In this document: positions 8,920 through 17,052 of the stretch, one piece after another
Numbering within the stretch: position 1 is the first letter of the stretch
Layout of the letters: each line of letters opens with the position of its first letter
NCBI GenBank assembly: GCA_031362565.1
Contig: JANLSU010000083.1
Span: 1-25,611 of the forward strand
Direction of reading: 5' to 3'
Source of the DNA: a bacterium
GTDB lineage: Bacteria; Krumholzibacteriota; Krumholzibacteriia; G020349025
Length of the DNA: 25,611 bases
Program-made: the position numbers and the translations under genes
The notes under the pieces: model-generated
The model's database searches: none
The model's input: the letters and a program-made list of their open reading frames with translations, nothing else
What the model was told of the DNA's origin: nothing

Positions 8920-9069
8920 GGCGCGCGGCGGGGCGCCCGGGTGCGGGCGGGCTCGCGGTCGTTCGCCAACCTCCTGTCGGCTCACTCCCTCGCTCGTCGC
9001 CTCTCGGCCCTCCAGGCCTCCGGCTCCTCCCGACTCGCCCGCCCACACCCGTGCGCCCCACCGCGCTCC
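8920..9069. repeat. Long inverted-repeat element 1 (33-bp arms around an 84-nt core)
   Basis: Arms 8920-8952 and 9037-9069 pair at 29/33 Watson-Crick positions; 2 further positions are G-U on the minus strand. Confidence 0.8.
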
Positions 9070-9116
9070 GTAGTTGCGGGCTCATCGTCGTGAGGTTCAA
9101 GCCTTGTTGGTCGCAC

Positions 9117-9238
9117 GTCTTCCGGTGCGGGCGAGCGTGGCCGGCGAGTTCACGGGCTCGCGCATCTAATTTGCGCGCGAAGCGCGCGGCGCGGTCCGTG
9201 CTGTTTGAGCAAGGCCGCGCTCGCCCGCGCCGGAAGAC
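9117..9238. repeat. Long inverted-repeat element 2 (26-bp arms, nested GCGCGC-GAA-GCGCGC hairpin), REP-like
   Basis: Arms 9117-9142 and 9213-9238 give 24 Watson-Crick + 2 G-U pairs on the plus strand. Inner CACGG...CCGTG stem and a GAA-triloop hairpin. Confidence 0.8.
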
Positions 9239-9285
9239 CGCCCCGTTGCCTGCAATTACGCCGCCGTTGCAACGACGTTCCTGCT

Positions 9286-10389
9286 TCAGCGGGCGAAGCC
9301 GTAGGCGCCCGCGTTCCGAAGCGCTGGTAACGACCGGCGCGGCAGAAGCACCGTTCGCACAGCCCAGAGTTCGGTGAAGATTCGATAGCGGGTCGTTTGA
9401 TCGAGATAGTCGACGCCGGCGGAGCCGCCGGTGCCCATGCGGCGGCCGATCGTGCGCTCGACCATGCGCGCGTGGCGGGTGCGCCAGAGCACGAGTTGTT
9501 CTTCGAGCTCGACGACCGTGTCGACGAGCAGGCGCGGCCAGGCGAGAAGCGGCAGCTCGCGGTAGGATTCAATGAAAAGGAGGCCAGCGCGGATGCGTTG
9601 GGCGCGCGGGCGGAGCGGCGCATCGACATCCTCGGCCAGCAGGAAGGCACGCGCGCCGGCCGCTGACTGGGCGACGCGGCACTGGACCGTTGAGCGATCG
9701 CCACCCTGCGTCTCGAGAACACGCTCGGCTTGCTCTGCTTGCAGGGCTTCGAGTGCCCGCAGATAGTCGTGGAGAAATGCCTCCACGGCCTGCGCGTCGC
9801 CTGGATCCTGCGGTCCCGAACCGTGAATGGGCGTGCGGTAGAGCCAGTCGTTGAGCGCGGCACGCAACGTCAGTTCTTGCCCGGCGGCGGCGATGCGCTC
9901 CATGGCCAGGTGACCACCGGGTGTCGCAGCCGCAAGCGTCTTCACTTGCTGCATGGCCGCGACCGCTTCAGTTGCGCGCTCGGCCTCTTCGAATCCCAGC
10001 AAGATCTCGATTTCCCGCATCTGGAACGACTGGAAGCCACTCGCCGGGGTCAATTTGTCGCGAAAGCCCAGGAAGTCCTGCGGCGTGAGCGTTTCCATGA
10101 CGCGAAACTGGTCGACCGCGAGCTTGAGGATCTCGTTGATGCGCCGCAAGTGGTGCACGACGTGCGGTACGGTCTCTTCCGCCACCCGTGGTGCGGCCAG
10201 GTGGTCGCGGGCCAGGCGCAGTTCGCGCAGGATGAGCTTGAACCATAGCTCGTAGACTTGGTGGACGACGATGAAGTGCAGTTCGTCAGGCATGAGCGAC
10301 GCATCGTCGTCCCCGAGTCCACTCTGCAGATCGAGAAGCCGGTCGAGCTTCAGGTAGTCCCAGTAGGTGGGAACTTGCGGCGCGGCCAT
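9286..10389 (-). CDS. kynA: Tryptophan 2,3-dioxygenase (long form, 367 aa)
   Basis: ATG 10389 after GGGAG. YWDYLKLDRLLDLQ, DELHFIVVHQVYELWFK, FRDKLTPASGFQSFQMREIE, WRTRHARMVERTIGRRMGTGGSAGVDYL (proximal His and GTGGS loop), FTELWAVRT. Confidence 0.96.
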   Translation of the reverse strand: MAAPQVPTYWDYLKLDRLLDLQSGLGDDDASLMPDELHFIVVHQVYELWFKLILRELRLARDHLAAPRVAEETVPHVVHHLRRINEILKLAVDQFRVMETLTPQDFLGFRDKLTPASGFQSFQMREIEILLGFEEAERATEAVAAMQQVKTLAAATPGGHLAMERIAAAGQELTLRAALNDWLYRTPIHGSGPQDPGDAQAVEAFLHDYLRALEALQAEQAERVLETQGGDRSTVQCRVAQSAAGARAFLLAEDVDAPLRPRAQRIRAGLLFIESYRELPLLAWPRLLVDTVVELEEQLVLWRTRHARMVERTIGRRMGTGGSAGVDYLDQTTRYRIFTELWAVRTVLLPRRSLPALRNAGAYGFAR

Positions 10390-10527
10390 GGGGGCTCCCG
10401 TTCGGTTCGTTCGTTCGAGCGGTGCAGTATCGCAGACCGGCGGGCGTGGCTCAAGCGCCCAAAGCATCGCCAATCGTGGTATTTTCCGGCGTTCGAGGCG
10501 CCCGGCAAGGGTTCGAGAGGAAAATGC

Positions 10528-11949
10528 ATGGCCCGCAAGATCATTCTCTTCGAACTGAACGAAGTTCCGAACCGAATCGTCGAGGAATACTGCCGCTGGC
10601 AGCCGGACTCGGCATTCGCCCGGCAACTCGCGGTGTGTTTACGCTACGAGACCGTCACCGAAGACATCGGCAACCTCTCGCCGTGGACGACCTGGCCGAG
10701 CTTGCATCGCGGCGTCAGCAATGCACAGCATCAGTTGTCGGACTTCGGCCAGAACACTGCCGAACTCGACACCGCCTACCCGCCGCTCTGGAGTCTCTTG
10801 GCGCGCCATGGCGTGCCGGTGGGGGTGTGCGGTTCCCTGCACACCTATCCGATGCCGGCGGACCTGACCAGCTACGCGTTCTATCTTCCGGACACCTTCG
10901 CGGCCGGCGCCGAGTGCTTCCCAGCCGTCCTCGAGTCATTCCAGGAATTCAACCTGATCATGGCGCGCGAGTCGGCGCGCAACGTCAGCACGCGGGTGCC
11001 GTGGGCCGCGGCGTTGCGTCTGCTCGCCAACATTCCTGGTCTCGGCATCAAGCCCGCGACGCTGCTCGACCTGGGACAGCAATTGATGGCCGAACGCGGC
11101 GCGCCGGAGCGCCGCGTGCGCCGCCGCACCTACCAGAGCGTTCTGGCGTTCGACGTCTTCATGCAACAACTGGCGCGCACCGAGCCGGCGTTCGCGACGT
11201 TCTTTACCAATCATGTCGCGTCATCCATGCACCGTTACTGGGCCGCCACTTTTCCCGGCGACTACGACACGATGGAGTTCACGCCCGAGTGGATCGCGAC
11301 CTACGGCGACGAGATCCGCTTCGCCATGGACAAGGCGAGCGCCATGATCGGGCGCGTGCTGCAATTCGCGGATCGTCATCCCGAGTACACGGTGTGGATC
11401 GCAACGAGCATGGGGCAGGAGGCAACGATCGCCCAACCGGTCGAGACCCAGCTCTACGTGACCGATCCCGGACGGCTCATGGCAGCGCTTGGATTCACGG
11501 CCGGCGAGTGGGAACCACGTCCTGCCATGCTGCCGCAGTTCAACGTCGTCGTCTCACCCGAGCGGCAGCACGCCTTCACTGACCGTTTATCGCAGCTCCG
11601 CATTGCGGGTGACCCACTGGTGTTTCGCGTTGCGGCGGCCGGCTTCGTGAGCCTCGACTTTGGCCACTACAACCTTGCACCCACGGCGCACGCCGAACTC
11701 GACGGCGACACCACGAGTTTCGCCGCCCTGGGTCTCTCGAATACCGAAATCCAAGACAAGTCCGGAACCTGCGCCTATCACATCCCGCAGGGCTGCTTGT
11801 TCATCTACGATCCGCGCGACAAAGCTGCGAAAACCGGGGCCACCCAGCAGGTGTCGACGCTCGACATCGCACCTACAATCCTGCAAAACTTCGGTGTTGC
11901 AGCGCCGGGTTTCATGCACCCCGCCGCGCGGCTCGGGGTCCCCGGTTGA
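10528..11949 (+). CDS. Alkaline phosphatase/sulfatase-superfamily protein with a non-canonical metal site, function unknown
   Basis: ATG 10528 after GAGAGG. KIILFELNEVP (first strand), LSPWTTWPSLHRG (nucleophile helix), HVASSMHRYW, YHIPQGCLF and C-terminal STLDIAPTIL, which is typical of the AlkP fold. Confidence 0.7.
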   Translation: MARKIILFELNEVPNRIVEEYCRWQPDSAFARQLAVCLRYETVTEDIGNLSPWTTWPSLHRGVSNAQHQLSDFGQNTAELDTAYPPLWSLLARHGVPVGVCGSLHTYPMPADLTSYAFYLPDTFAAGAECFPAVLESFQEFNLIMARESARNVSTRVPWAAALRLLANIPGLGIKPATLLDLGQQLMAERGAPERRVRRRTYQSVLAFDVFMQQLARTEPAFATFFTNHVASSMHRYWAATFPGDYDTMEFTPEWIATYGDEIRFAMDKASAMIGRVLQFADRHPEYTVWIATSMGQEATIAQPVETQLYVTDPGRLMAALGFTAGEWEPRPAMLPQFNVVVSPERQHAFTDRLSQLRIAGDPLVFRVAAAGFVSLDFGHYNLAPTAHAELDGDTTSFAALGLSNTEIQDKSGTCAYHIPQGCLFIYDPRDKAAKTGATQQVSTLDIAPTILQNFGVAAPGFMHPAARLGVPG

Positions 11950-11980
11950 CCGCTGGGGCTCGTTCCGATAAGGATGGCGC

Positions 11981-12790
11981 ATGTCGGTTTCAGAACCCTT
12001 GGGTGGGACACTTTCGCTTGCCGGGCGGCATGCCCTCGTCTGCGGCGCCTCGGCCGGGATCGGGCGCGCGTCGGCGCTCGCTCTCGCATCACTCGGTGCC
12101 CGCGTCACGGTGCTCGCGCGCCGGCGCGATGTACTGGAGGCGCTCCTGCCGGCATTGCGGACAGCCGGCGCGGCTTCGCCCGCGGCAGTCGCCGCCGATC
12201 TCGACGACCCCATGTCTTTCGAACCCGCGGTGCGGGCCCTCTTGGCAACCGGCGGGCCCGTCCACGTCTTAGTGAACAATTCGGGCGGTCCGGCACCGGG
12301 CGCCGTTCTCGCGTCTTCGTCCGAGCACTTCGCCGCGGGATTCGCGCGCGTTTTGTATTCGGCGCAGAGCCTGGTGCAACTGTGCCTGGCGGGAATGCGC
12401 GACGCAGGCTTCGGGCGCATCGTCAACGTGCTGTCGACGTCGGTGCGCGAGCCGATTCCAAATTTGGGCGTCGGCAACACGGTGCGCGGTGCGATGGCGG
12501 GCTGGGCGAAGACATTATCGCGTGAACTGCCCGCCGGAGTGACCATCAACAGCGTGCTGCCGGGCTACACCGCGACCGAGCGTCTGCAAGAACTGGCCGA
12601 GCTCACGGCCCGCAACACCGGCCGCACCGTCGCCGACATTCACGCCGACTGGACGCGCGAGATCCCGGAGGGGCGCCTCGCATCTCCGGATGAGATTGGC
12701 AACGTCATCGCTTTCCTGTGCTCACCGGCCGCCGCTTACGTCCGCGGCCAGAGCATCGCCGTGGATGGCGGCCGCATGCGCAGCATCTGA
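11981..12790 (+). CDS. SDR family oxidoreductase, atypical BKR-like subgroup
   Basis: CGASAGIG nucleotide-binding loop, LARR, LVNNSGGP, RIVNVLSTS, PGYTATER, VDGG. Canonical YxxxK is replaced by GNTVR. Confidence 0.9.
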   Translation: MSVSEPLGGTLSLAGRHALVCGASAGIGRASALALASLGARVTVLARRRDVLEALLPALRTAGAASPAAVAADLDDPMSFEPAVRALLATGGPVHVLVNNSGGPAPGAVLASSSEHFAAGFARVLYSAQSLVQLCLAGMRDAGFGRIVNVLSTSVREPIPNLGVGNTVRGAMAGWAKTLSRELPAGVTINSVLPGYTATERLQELAELTARNTGRTVADIHADWTREIPEGRLASPDEIGNVIAFLCSPAAAYVRGQSIAVDGGRMRSI

Positions 12791-12805
12791 GGAGGGCGAG
12801 GCGGC

Positions 12806-14047
12806 GTGCACTTCGACATCTTCTTTTCGATCTCGCAGACGCCAGTCGGTGGCGTCGTCCCGTCCGAAGCCACCATGTTCGGCAATTTCTTCGATCAGGT
12901 GCAGGCAGCCGACGAGTTGGGCTTCGGCACCGCTTGGATCGCCGAGTCGCACTTATCGTCCGAGGTTCAGAAGCGCCACAAACAACCGGTGATTCCCCAC
13001 TGGCAGGGTGAAGTCGGTCTCAATGTCGATTTCCTGCAGTTGGCGCAGCACATCTTCCGCCGCACGCGCCGGATCGAAGCCGGCTCGGCCGTCATGAACA
13101 TCATTTGCAACGGTGGGCCGATCGCGCACGCCGAGCGTGTCGCGGCGTTTGCGGCCCTCCACGGGCTCGATCCCGCCGAGCACCGCCGCATTCATGTGGG
13201 ATTCGCCGCCGGCCGTTTCGAATTCATGAATCGGGCGGCCGGCATCGTGCCGCGTGACGCGGTCGAGGCGGCGGCGTGGCCAGCGCTCAAGGGCAAGGTT
13301 TTCACCGAAGCCGCTGAGATCTTCCTGAGCCTCCTGCGCGGCGATACTCTCGCGAGTGCGGACGTCACGCCGACACTGCTTACGCGAAGCGACTTTCGGA
13401 CGGACGAGGACTGGCAGCGTGTTCAGGGGGCGGCCGCGGAGACGCGCGGTGCAAGCGTCACAGATTCGGTCGAGATCGCACCGCGCTGGGTCTTCGAACC
13501 GCTCAAGATCGTGCCGCAAGAATGGCGGCGCGATGTCGTGCAACTGCTCATCGGCTCCCATGAACCGCGCCTGCAGGAGGCCGTCAACGCGATCCTGCCG
13601 GTGCAGGTGTTCAATCTCTCGATCACGCGGCCCGAGATCATCGAGGACACCCACACGCGGCTGGCGCGCGCCTATCACCCGAGTGGCGGGCCGTGGCAAC
13701 GCTCCTACATGCCGCGCACCGTGTTCGTTTTCCTGAATGAGCAGCCCGGATTGTCGGCCGAGCGACGGCGTGTCGCGGCGCAAGACGAGGCGCGAACTGC
13801 GCTCGGTGCCTACTGGACGGCACTCGAAGGCACGCTCGATCCTTCGAAGGTCAACAATGCGGCCGACAACGCTCTCATCGGCAACGCGGAAGACGTCGCG
13901 CAGCAAATGATCGAGCGCTTCCATCCCGAAGACCGGCTCATGCTGTGGTTCGACTTCTTCAACCATGACAGCGGGCGCGTGATCGCCAACATGGAAGCCT
14001 TCATGCGCGAGGTCGCGCCACGGGTCGAGCGAGCGGTGGGCGCATGA
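12806..14047 (+). CDS. LLM-class (bacterial luciferase-like) flavin-dependent monooxygenase
   Basis: GTG start after GAGGAGG. QVQAADELGFGTAWIAESH, RTRRIEAGSAV, PIAHAERVA, RIHVGFAAG, ALIGNAEDVAQQM and MEAFMREVAP follow the luciferase TIM-barrel pattern. Confidence 0.85.
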   Translation: MHFDIFFSISQTPVGGVVPSEATMFGNFFDQVQAADELGFGTAWIAESHLSSEVQKRHKQPVIPHWQGEVGLNVDFLQLAQHIFRRTRRIEAGSAVMNIICNGGPIAHAERVAAFAALHGLDPAEHRRIHVGFAAGRFEFMNRAAGIVPRDAVEAAAWPALKGKVFTEAAEIFLSLLRGDTLASADVTPTLLTRSDFRTDEDWQRVQGAAAETRGASVTDSVEIAPRWVFEPLKIVPQEWRRDVVQLLIGSHEPRLQEAVNAILPVQVFNLSITRPEIIEDTHTRLARAYHPSGGPWQRSYMPRTVFVFLNEQPGLSAERRRVAAQDEARTALGAYWTALEGTLDPSKVNNAADNALIGNAEDVAQQMIERFHPEDRLMLWFDFFNHDSGRVIANMEAFMREVAPRVERAVGA

Positions 14048-15216
14048 GTCCAAAACAAGACAAGGTACTGCCGAGCGCCGTTTCACCTGGGAAGCCCGGC
14101 AGTGACATCTACCCGCGCTCGCCGCTCGGCGAATCGGACCCGCGCATTCCGACCGGCCGCGACGTCGAATGGGTGCCGCTCGTCGACTACCGGCGGAACG
14201 GCGTCAGTGAGACGACGATTCATGGCGCGCTCGCTTGGGCGGCAGGCGACCGCGTGATGCATTCCTTCGGCGGCAATGTGCTCTGTTATGGCCGCAGCAT
14301 GATGAAGCCGCTCATGATGAAGGTGTTCACCTCGGCGCTCGACCCGGTGCTCGACTGGCGGCAGAAGGCGATCGCGGTCTCGAGCCACAATGGCAGCACC
14401 GAACACGTCGCAGCGGCGCAATCGCTCTTGCCGGAGAGCGAGTGGGGCTTGATGCAAACGCCGCTCGATGTGCCGCTCGTACAGTTCGGCCGCCAGGTGC
14501 GCCGGCCGCGCCGTTGGTATCACACCTGTTCCGGCGAGCACGCCGGCATCCTGCTCGGTTGCCGGCTGCGCGGCTGGAGCCGCGCCGGCTACACGCTCCC
14601 CCAGCATCCTTTCTTCCGCGGCTATCTCGAGCAGGTGCGCCGCCACCTGGGAGCGGATTGGGAGCCGTTGCGCATCGCTCGCGACGGCTGCGGATTGCCT
14701 ACGATCTCCAACACGGTCGGCGAATTGGCCGTGCTCTACGCGAGCTTGGCGCGCACCCACGACGAGGATTGGATCTGGGAGTCCATGGTGCGCTACCCCG
14801 ATCTCATCGGCGGTTTCAATCGCTTGGACAGCACCGTCATCAAAGCCTGCGGCGGCAGTGTTATCGCCAAAGAAGGCGCCGACGGGCTCTTGGGGCTCGC
14901 GATCCGGCATCCGGACTATCCACAAGGGCTGGGTGTCGTCATCAAGATCGCGCACGGATGGAATCCGCGCGCCACGTGGTACGTAGCTCGTGCCGTTCTG
15001 GGCGTGCTCGGATTCGAATTGCGCAATCCCTATGCCTTGCACCGGCAGAAGGCGTTCCTGGTGCCGGGCGTCGTGCCGCCTGGGCTCTTGCCCAAGATCG
15101 AAGCCATCCCGACGTGGGATGAATGGGATCCGGATCGCGACCGGTGGTACTACGACTTTCATCGCTATCCCGACGCCTTCGGCACCGACGATTCGGATGA
15201 CGGGAGAACGCCATGA
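14044..15216 (+). CDS. Asparaginase II (Rhizobium etli AnsA/class 3) family amidohydrolase with a variant active site
   Basis: ATGA overlap with the LLM gene. RSMMKP (Ser-Lys pair), SSHNG, TCSGEHAG (family motif NCSGKHAG), DGCGLP, AKEGADG, IKIAHG. Confidence 0.85.
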   Translation: MSPKQDKVLPSAVSPGKPGSDIYPRSPLGESDPRIPTGRDVEWVPLVDYRRNGVSETTIHGALAWAAGDRVMHSFGGNVLCYGRSMMKPLMMKVFTSALDPVLDWRQKAIAVSSHNGSTEHVAAAQSLLPESEWGLMQTPLDVPLVQFGRQVRRPRRWYHTCSGEHAGILLGCRLRGWSRAGYTLPQHPFFRGYLEQVRRHLGADWEPLRIARDGCGLPTISNTVGELAVLYASLARTHDEDWIWESMVRYPDLIGGFNRLDSTVIKACGGSVIAKEGADGLLGLAIRHPDYPQGLGVVIKIAHGWNPRATWYVARAVLGVLGFELRNPYALHRQKAFLVPGVVPPGLLPKIEAIPTWDEWDPDRDRWYYDFHRYPDAFGTDDSDDGRTP

Positions 15217-16667
15217 CACCGGCCGAACCCTCGGTCCTCGCGCAGTTCATTGGGGGACGCTTCGTGCCGCCCGCCGGCGGTGCGTATCTGGATGACATCG
15301 CACCGGCGACGGGAGCGGTCGTTGCGAGGGTGCCGCGCGGCGACGCGCGCGACGTCGAAGCGGCCGTCGCGGCCGCACGCGCCGCGTTCCCCGGCTGGTC
15401 GGGACGCTCCGTCGGCGAGCGCGCCGCCATTCTGGATGCGGTCGCGGCACGCATCGAGGCACGCGCCGATGAACTCGCGGCCTTGGAGTCGCTCGACACG
15501 GGCAAGCCGGTCCAACTGGCGCGCAGCGTCGACATTCCGCGCGCCGTGCTCAATTTTCGCTTTTTCGCAGGCGCCGTGCGCCACGACTCGACGGGCTGCC
15601 ATGAGATGCCCGGCGCGATCAACTACACGCTCCGCCGCCCCGTAGGAATCGCGGGCCTCGTGACACCGTGGAACCTGCCGCTCTACTTGTTGACGTGGAA
15701 AGCGGCACCAGCGCTCGCGCTCGGCAACACCGTGGTCGCCAAGCCGAGCGAGTTGACGCCGCTCACCGCCGCCGCACTCTGCGAAATCATGGCGGAGGCT
15801 GGCGTGCCGAACGGCGTCTTCAACTTGGTGCACGGGCTTGGCGGGGAGGCCGGGCAAGCGCTCGTCGAGCATCCGGACGTGCGCGCCATCTCATTCACCG
15901 GCGGTACCGCAACCGGGGCTCGCGTCGCTGCGACCGCAGCACCGCTCTTCAAGAAGCTATCGCTCGAACTGGGGGGTAAGAATCCGACCCTGGTGTTCGC
16001 GGACTGCGACTTCGAAGCGGCCGTCGAGGGGACGGTGCGCGCCGGATTTCAGAACCAAGGGCAAGTATGCCTCTGCGGCTCGCGGGTCCTGGTCGAGGCC
16101 TCGATCGCGGATCGATTCACCGCTGCCCTCCGTGACCGCGTCGGGGCGCTCCGGATCGGCGACCCAAGCGACCCGGCGACGCAGTTCGGCGCCCTCGTCT
16201 CGGCAGCGCATCGCGACAAGGTCGAGGGCTATCTGCAACTCGCACGCACTGAGGGTGGCACCGTGACCGGTGGCATCCGTCCGACGCTCGAGCCGCCCTT
16301 CGATGCCGGCGCATTCCTGTCGCCAGCGGTCGTCACCGGGCTCGGCCCCGACTGCCGCACCGCGCAGGAAGAAATCTTTGGGCCAGTCGTGACCGTGCAC
16401 CCATTTCGAGACGAGACGGAAGCGATCGCGATTGCGAACGGCGTGCGCTACGGACTCTCGGCATCGGTGTGGACGCGAAATCTGGGCCGCGCCCACCGCG
16501 TCGCGGCGGCCCTCGACACCGGTATGGTGTGGGTGAACACCTGGCTCTTGCGTGATTTGCGAGTGCCGTTCGGCGGCGTCAAGGCAAGCGGCGTCGGCCG
16601 CGAAGGCGGCGACTTCTCGCTCGAGTTCTTCAGCGAGTCCCGCAACGTGTGTATCAAGCTGGACTGA
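15213..16667 (+). CDS. amnC: Aldehyde dehydrogenase, 2-aminomuconate/2-hydroxymuconate-6-semialdehyde dehydrogenase (ALDH8/HMSD) type
   Basis: ATGA overlap. DIPRAVLNFRFF, PWNLPLYLLTWKAAPALA, KPSELTP, SFTGGT, SLELGGKNP, NQGQVCLCGSR, EEIFGPV, WLLRDLRVPFGGVKASGVGREGG. Genomic context of aminophenol dioxygenase and RidA. Confidence 0.85.
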   Translation: MTPAEPSVLAQFIGGRFVPPAGGAYLDDIAPATGAVVARVPRGDARDVEAAVAAARAAFPGWSGRSVGERAAILDAVAARIEARADELAALESLDTGKPVQLARSVDIPRAVLNFRFFAGAVRHDSTGCHEMPGAINYTLRRPVGIAGLVTPWNLPLYLLTWKAAPALALGNTVVAKPSELTPLTAAALCEIMAEAGVPNGVFNLVHGLGGEAGQALVEHPDVRAISFTGGTATGARVAATAAPLFKKLSLELGGKNPTLVFADCDFEAAVEGTVRAGFQNQGQVCLCGSRVLVEASIADRFTAALRDRVGALRIGDPSDPATQFGALVSAAHRDKVEGYLQLARTEGGTVTGGIRPTLEPPFDAGAFLSPAVVTGLGPDCRTAQEEIFGPVVTVHPFRDETEAIAIANGVRYGLSASVWTRNLGRAHRVAAALDTGMVWVNTWLLRDLRVPFGGVKASGVGREGGDFSLEFFSESRNVCIKLD

Positions 16668-16813
16668 GTCAATTTGAGCTGAAATGGCTCCGACCGAACC
16701 GGTGTCACGCGACGTGCCGGGAGCCGCGAACTCGTCGGACCGATAGGGCACCGGCGACCCATACTTGCACATGTTTCTGAAGTGCAAGCACTAACATGCT
16801 GTAAGCACATATG

Positions 16814-16852
16814 TTGACATGCTTGACAGCCCCGGGCCGCGCATGCAAACAT
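16814..16852 (+). promoter_or_regulatory. Putative sigma70-type promoter of the downstream secreted-protein gene
   Basis: Two perfect TTGACA hexamers (16814-16819, 16823-16828) in a locally AT-richer stretch; only a weak -10 (AAACAT, 16847-16852). Confidence 0.4.
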
Positions 16853-17052
16853 GAAAGGGTCAATCAACCGTGTCTTTGTTCGTGACCGGGTTCCGCGGCT
16901 GCCGTGGAACGCCAGGGGATCCGCGCCACGTCCCAGAAGCTCTTTCGAAGCAATCCGGGGACCAAGCCCCGCATGCCGGTGTGCAGCTTCAAACGCTTGC
17001 GGCGTCATAGAGAAGTGAGGCCGTTTGATTCATCACCTTTGGGGGTACGGAC

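Noticed and set aside
8899..9285. tRNA, SRP RNA or classic intrinsic terminator
   Set aside because: No cloverleaf/T-loop or SRP consensus recognised and no U-tract after either stem.
14044..15216. Plain housekeeping L-asparaginase
   Set aside because: Not excluded, but the altered NCSGKH motif and translational coupling inside an aromatic catabolic operon argue against annotating it so without testing.
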